DNA from: Mantamonas sphyraenae STR306
Lineage: Eukaryota > Protista > CRuMs
Assembly: GCA_026936335.1 (NCBI GenBank)
Contig: JAPMXV010000048.1
Location: 3,584-67,583 of the forward strand
DNA: 64,000 nucleotides
Direction of reading: 5' to 3'
Below, piece by piece: positions 60,265 through 64,000 of the stretch; position 1 is the first letter of the stretch, and each line of letters opens with the position of its first letter. Position numbers and translations under genes: made by a program. Under the pieces are notes generated by a model. That model saw nothing but the letters and a program-made list of their open reading frames with translations. It was not told the DNA's origin and did not search any database.

Positions 60265-62914
60265 TAGGGATGATTTTCCGATCCACCGCAACCAACCCTG
60301 CACCACTGCGCCTCTGGTCATCGGTCGCCAGCAACCCACACCCATCCACACACAGTCAAGGTTTTCCATGCTGGCGGGATATAGAGACGTGGATTGCAAT
60401 CCTGCACTGCGCCGGCTGGTCCAAAACAACAACGACAAATGACGCGGAGAACCAGTTACCCCCTGACATGCAGACCCTCCTGGTCGAGATTATCAGGTGG
60501 CTCCAGCTCGCAGGTGATCTCACCTACATCACACCCTGCACCTCGCACATGGACATCGAGTCCCTGCCTTCAGCGCGCAACAACAGCACCACAAATGGAT
60601 CTCGAGAAACACCTCGTCAGCAGAAACTCTCCACCGCAACAGGACAAGCGACATCCCTCTCCGCTGCAAGATCGCAGCATAGACGACCCATACGATTGCT
60701 CGTGGTCCTCTGGAGACCTCCTTCAAGAGGACGAGGGCCCGCCGCACAGAAAAAGGCGCAGACACGCTCGGTGAGATGCAGTCCAGAGGAGGAGGCAAGA
60801 GACACCCAAACTCGAACGGCGCTGGGGTCTGCATGCGGAACCCCGCAAGCACAGGTTGCACCGCGTGACAGCGTGCCTGATAGTGCAGGCCCCTTCTCAG
60901 CGAAGGCTCGTTTTCTGCTCAAAGCTACCGATTGTCGAGGGAGCCGAAGCAGGCAAGAAAGCACATGGCCGACGTTGGCGTCTACCCATCACAGAATGAC
61001 CATGGCTGCACGGGGACGGGGTATATGGACTGCTCACGTTCCGGATTTTCGTCGCCCCTGCACGCGAGACGGCACCAACCTGGGAAAGTGACCAACAAAC
61101 GCGTGAATGAAACAAGTGTATATGTGTGTGTGTGGTTGTGTGGTGTGTTTCCATGCATCGATGTGTCGGCGCGTCGTTGTAGGTGAGTGTGACGGAAAAA
61201 AATTTGTGATGAGGTGATGTCTTCCGGCGAGATGGTTGGTTGCGCTGTGAGCAAGACGCAGTCTCCTGTATAGGATAAGGGTGTGGGATTCATGTACGGT
61301 TGCAAAGAGGGAAGGGGTGATTGGCTGCTTTGTGGAACGGAAAAAAGTAGGAGATGGTGGAGAGAAGGGAAAGTGCTTGGTAGGCCCCGTGGGAGTCGCG
61401 TCTATTTTGCAGTACATGGGTCACCTTGCTGGAAACAGGATGTACTCGAGGTGTGAACGAGCGCGGAGGTATCTGGTGATTGGGGTGGCTTGTGTCGCTA
61501 AGTTTCCTGTTTCGATTCGTTGCACACCAGATGGTTGTTCCCCTGTGGGTTCAATGTGGGAGGAGGACAAAGTTTACAGTGGTACAATTGGTGGAGGAAG
61601 GGCCATGGGAGGGGGTGGTGTCTCCACTCATTGTGGGATGTGGGCGTGGTGACTATCATTTTCAGAGTGTCCACGGTGGTGTGGATGGAAGTCTCGAGGG
61701 GTGCCATCGATGCGTGTGATGTCTCACAACGACGGTGCAATTGTGCTCTGGGGTGATGTGTGGTGGGATGTGAGGGAGATGCGTGGCAATGCGAATACCC
61801 GGTTTGACGACATAAGCACCAATTTCGTACAAACAGTGCCCTAGTGCTCATCACAAACGGAAAAGAGTGTTCCCATCGTCGATCCAGGTCGTTAACAGGA
61901 CCGCCCATGTGGATGTAGGGGTTGGAAAGGGTGTAATAAGAGTGTCCAGTGAGGTGAGCACACTGGGGGAGGTCAGTGTTAGTTGCGGCAGCTCCAGGAG
62001 AATCTGTGCATTTTTTTCGAAGCTTGTACACGGAGGGTCGAAGATCGGTGCACCCACACCACAGTGGCATCAAATCGCCCATGGTGGAGCTTTTTTCGTG
62101 CGCGTAGTCTCGTCCACACCATCACTGAACCGCGGGTCAAGGATACAGCGCGGCAGACAAAACGCATGGTAGCCATCGACATGAGCAAACAGGGAAGACT
62201 GGGAGCGCAGCCGAGGCTCTGGTGGAGAGAGAGAGCAAGCGTACGACCTGAGACGTGTCACGCAAACCTGCTGCTGCACACGACGCACGCCGCAGTCGCT
62301 CCGCTGCTGCGTTCGCGTGCGACACAGTTGCACATTGGAGCTCGGCGAGAACGAACTGGGACGTGGCGGCGTGATATCCATGCCAGCGCCCTGTGTGCTT
62401 CAACACCACCCTCTGTGTGGTGCATCTGGAGGCAAAACAGCCTGGTGTGACGGTGCACGCGCATGGACGGATGTTGGGGAAAAGAACAACACGCTGGACA
62501 TGCCTGTATCTGGGCAACCATGATTTGGGGGACAGCGTATGGAAAAACTGGGTGATAGGGCTGATGGAATCCGCGGTGTGCAGAGTGCTGGGTCTGGAGA
62601 CAACGACATCGGATACCGTGGCGTTGTATGTGCTGGCGCAGTCCTTGTGGAAAACACACGGCTGCCACACAGTGAACCTGACGAAAACAACATGGGCGAC
62701 TTCTGCGCATGCTACTCGCGACGCACTCGTTGCACAACCACACGTGCAGCGCTGGACCGAGCAACAACGCGTGGGCGACGAACGGACTGGACAGGCTGGG
62801 CAAGGCGCTGTAGGCGGCAACACAGGACGGTAGTGGTACCTGGGCCACAAGCCAGGGAAGAAGCTGCTGCAACGTGCGACGGGAGTGAGGGAAAACAGGT
62901 GAATGGTATAGACA

Positions 62915-63379
62915 ATGCTGGAAATGGTGGACAGAGGAGACGCAGTGGCGGTGGCCTGGGCGGTCAGCGAGCTGAACGTGTCGGTGAACGCGTTCTTTGA
63001 AGACAGAACCACACCGTTGATGCGCGCGGTGCAGCGAGGCGACGTCAGGATGGCCAACATGCTGCGGAGACTAGGGGCAGACGCGGATTTGACCGCAGAG
63101 GGGTGGCTGGACGCATATTCGGCGCGGACAATGGCCACTGCCAGAGCGTGGAGACCAGCGTGGCATTGGTTGTGGAGTGAAGACGTGGACGACGCTGTCG
63201 AGACGGTGTTGGTCATGGAGGCAGTGGGAGGAGGAGCAGGAGGAGGAGGAGCAGGGTGGGTGCGCGTGGGTGAGATGGAGGTGCTGCAGCGCGTGTGCGG
63301 TTGGGTCGCACAGTTCGTCGAGGGCTGTGAGAGACGTGCAAAGGGACGTGGGGGCGGAACAAGACACACAGGGGTGTGA
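62915..63379 (+). CDS. Ankyrin-repeat-containing ORF, possibly the 3' part of a larger fragmented gene
   Basis: VNAFFEDRTTPLMRAVQRGDVRMANMLRRLGADADL fits the ankyrin consensus; upstream ORFs at 61983-62833 may belong to it. Confidence 0.55.
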   Translation: MLEMVDRGDAVAVAWAVSELNVSVNAFFEDRTTPLMRAVQRGDVRMANMLRRLGADADLTAEGWLDAYSARTMATARAWRPAWHWLWSEDVDDAVETVLVMEAVGGGAGGGGAGWVRVGEMEVLQRVCGWVAQFVEGCERRAKGRGGGTRHTGV

Positions 63380-64000
63380 GGGGGAGCGGGAGGACCAGGG
63401 CAGAGTGGGAGGGAAGCGGCAGCGTGTGGGAGAGTGAAGGAGGGGAGTTGTGCAGAAGAAACGGTGCGTGACATGACAAAGGGCGGCCCACTACGGTGAA
63501 GATTACAGCATGGAAACAGATTCATTCCCGCTTACCGTCTCCGCGGTTGGAACTTTTGCTTTGTTGCACACAATACAACCGTATCTGTTCAGCCGACAAC
63601 TGTTTTCCGTGATGAGCCGACTGATGCATGACATTGTGCAAATTCACAAAGATATGAAACAGCTTGGACTGCAAATAAGGAACGCCTACGAGTGTGTGGC
63701 TGAAACCTCGCTGCTTCTCCACGCGCGGCTCCAGGACCTTCAGATACTGAAATCGAGGACCCTTTCATGTGAACGGAACGAACAGGCTGGCAGTGGTCCG
63801 TTGCGTGTTAGCGCACCGTCCGGAAAGAAAGAGAAGGGTGTCGCTGGGCGGCGTGGAAGAAAGCGCGCTCGCCAGGTCGCCTCGTTGGACGCTGAAAACG
63901 ACCACATGTGTGTATCATTGAAACGGCAACGCGTGGAGTTGCATATAACTCCAGGCATGCATGTCATGATGTGCTTGATGCTGATTTCTGGTGTAGAGAG

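Larger units (their letters stand above)
36418..60346. repeat. Right arm of giant inverted repeat (mostly intact ORFs)
   Basis: Begins GCTACCCACGCGCGCGC, the reverse complement of the left arm end; matches window position 1 at ~60346. Confidence 0.97.
36418..61100. mobile_element. Putative virus- or plasmid-like replicative element (UL9-like OBP + UvrD helicase + ori-like array + SET + surface proteins); outer boundary not defined
   Basis: Present twice with a sharp boundary; compact, intron-poor, replication-module gene content. No transposase, integrase or capsid recognised, so mobility is inferred only. Confidence 0.5.

Noticed and set aside
36418-60346. Polinton/Maverick or a recognisable NCLDV or mirusvirus genome segment
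   Set aside because: No PolB, integrase, packaging ATPase, terminase or capsid recognised by eye; highly divergent versions among the orphans cannot be excluded.
63262-63271. Terminal inverted repeat partner (GCGCGTGGGT) of the inner element end
   Set aside because: Only 10 bp and inside the ankyrin ORF; compatible with chance.

Overview
Eukaryotic (protist-like) genomic DNA with short GT-AG introns. Two near-identical inverted copies of a >=24 kb gene block (1-23918 and 36418-~60346) flank a unique 12.5 kb spacer. The copies differ almost only by single-base indels in homopolymer or low-complexity tracts; the right copy is mostly intact and the left copy is probably error-frameshifted. The block looks like a virus- or plasmid-like replicon. 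It carries a ~1600 aa SF2 helicase with the motif set of herpesvirus UL9 origin-binding proteins (possibly with a dead PrimPol N-terminus), a UvrD/REP SF1 helicase and, between them, an ori-like array of GGTCCGGACC-centred palindromes separated by A-tract/(TA)n/T-tract spacers. It also encodes a SET-domain protein, several orphan proteins sharing a K-R-x-R-V-E NLS-like motif, and two secreted, probably GPI-anchored beta-propeller proteins. No capsid, PolB, integrase or transposase was recognised. The spacer holds host-like genes, mostly intron-containing: a ~2,450 aa secreted protein with Cys-rich repeats, a stand-alone NPC1 N-terminal-domain protein and two membrane proteins. All calls are by eye; an assembly artefact for the inverted duplication is not excluded.
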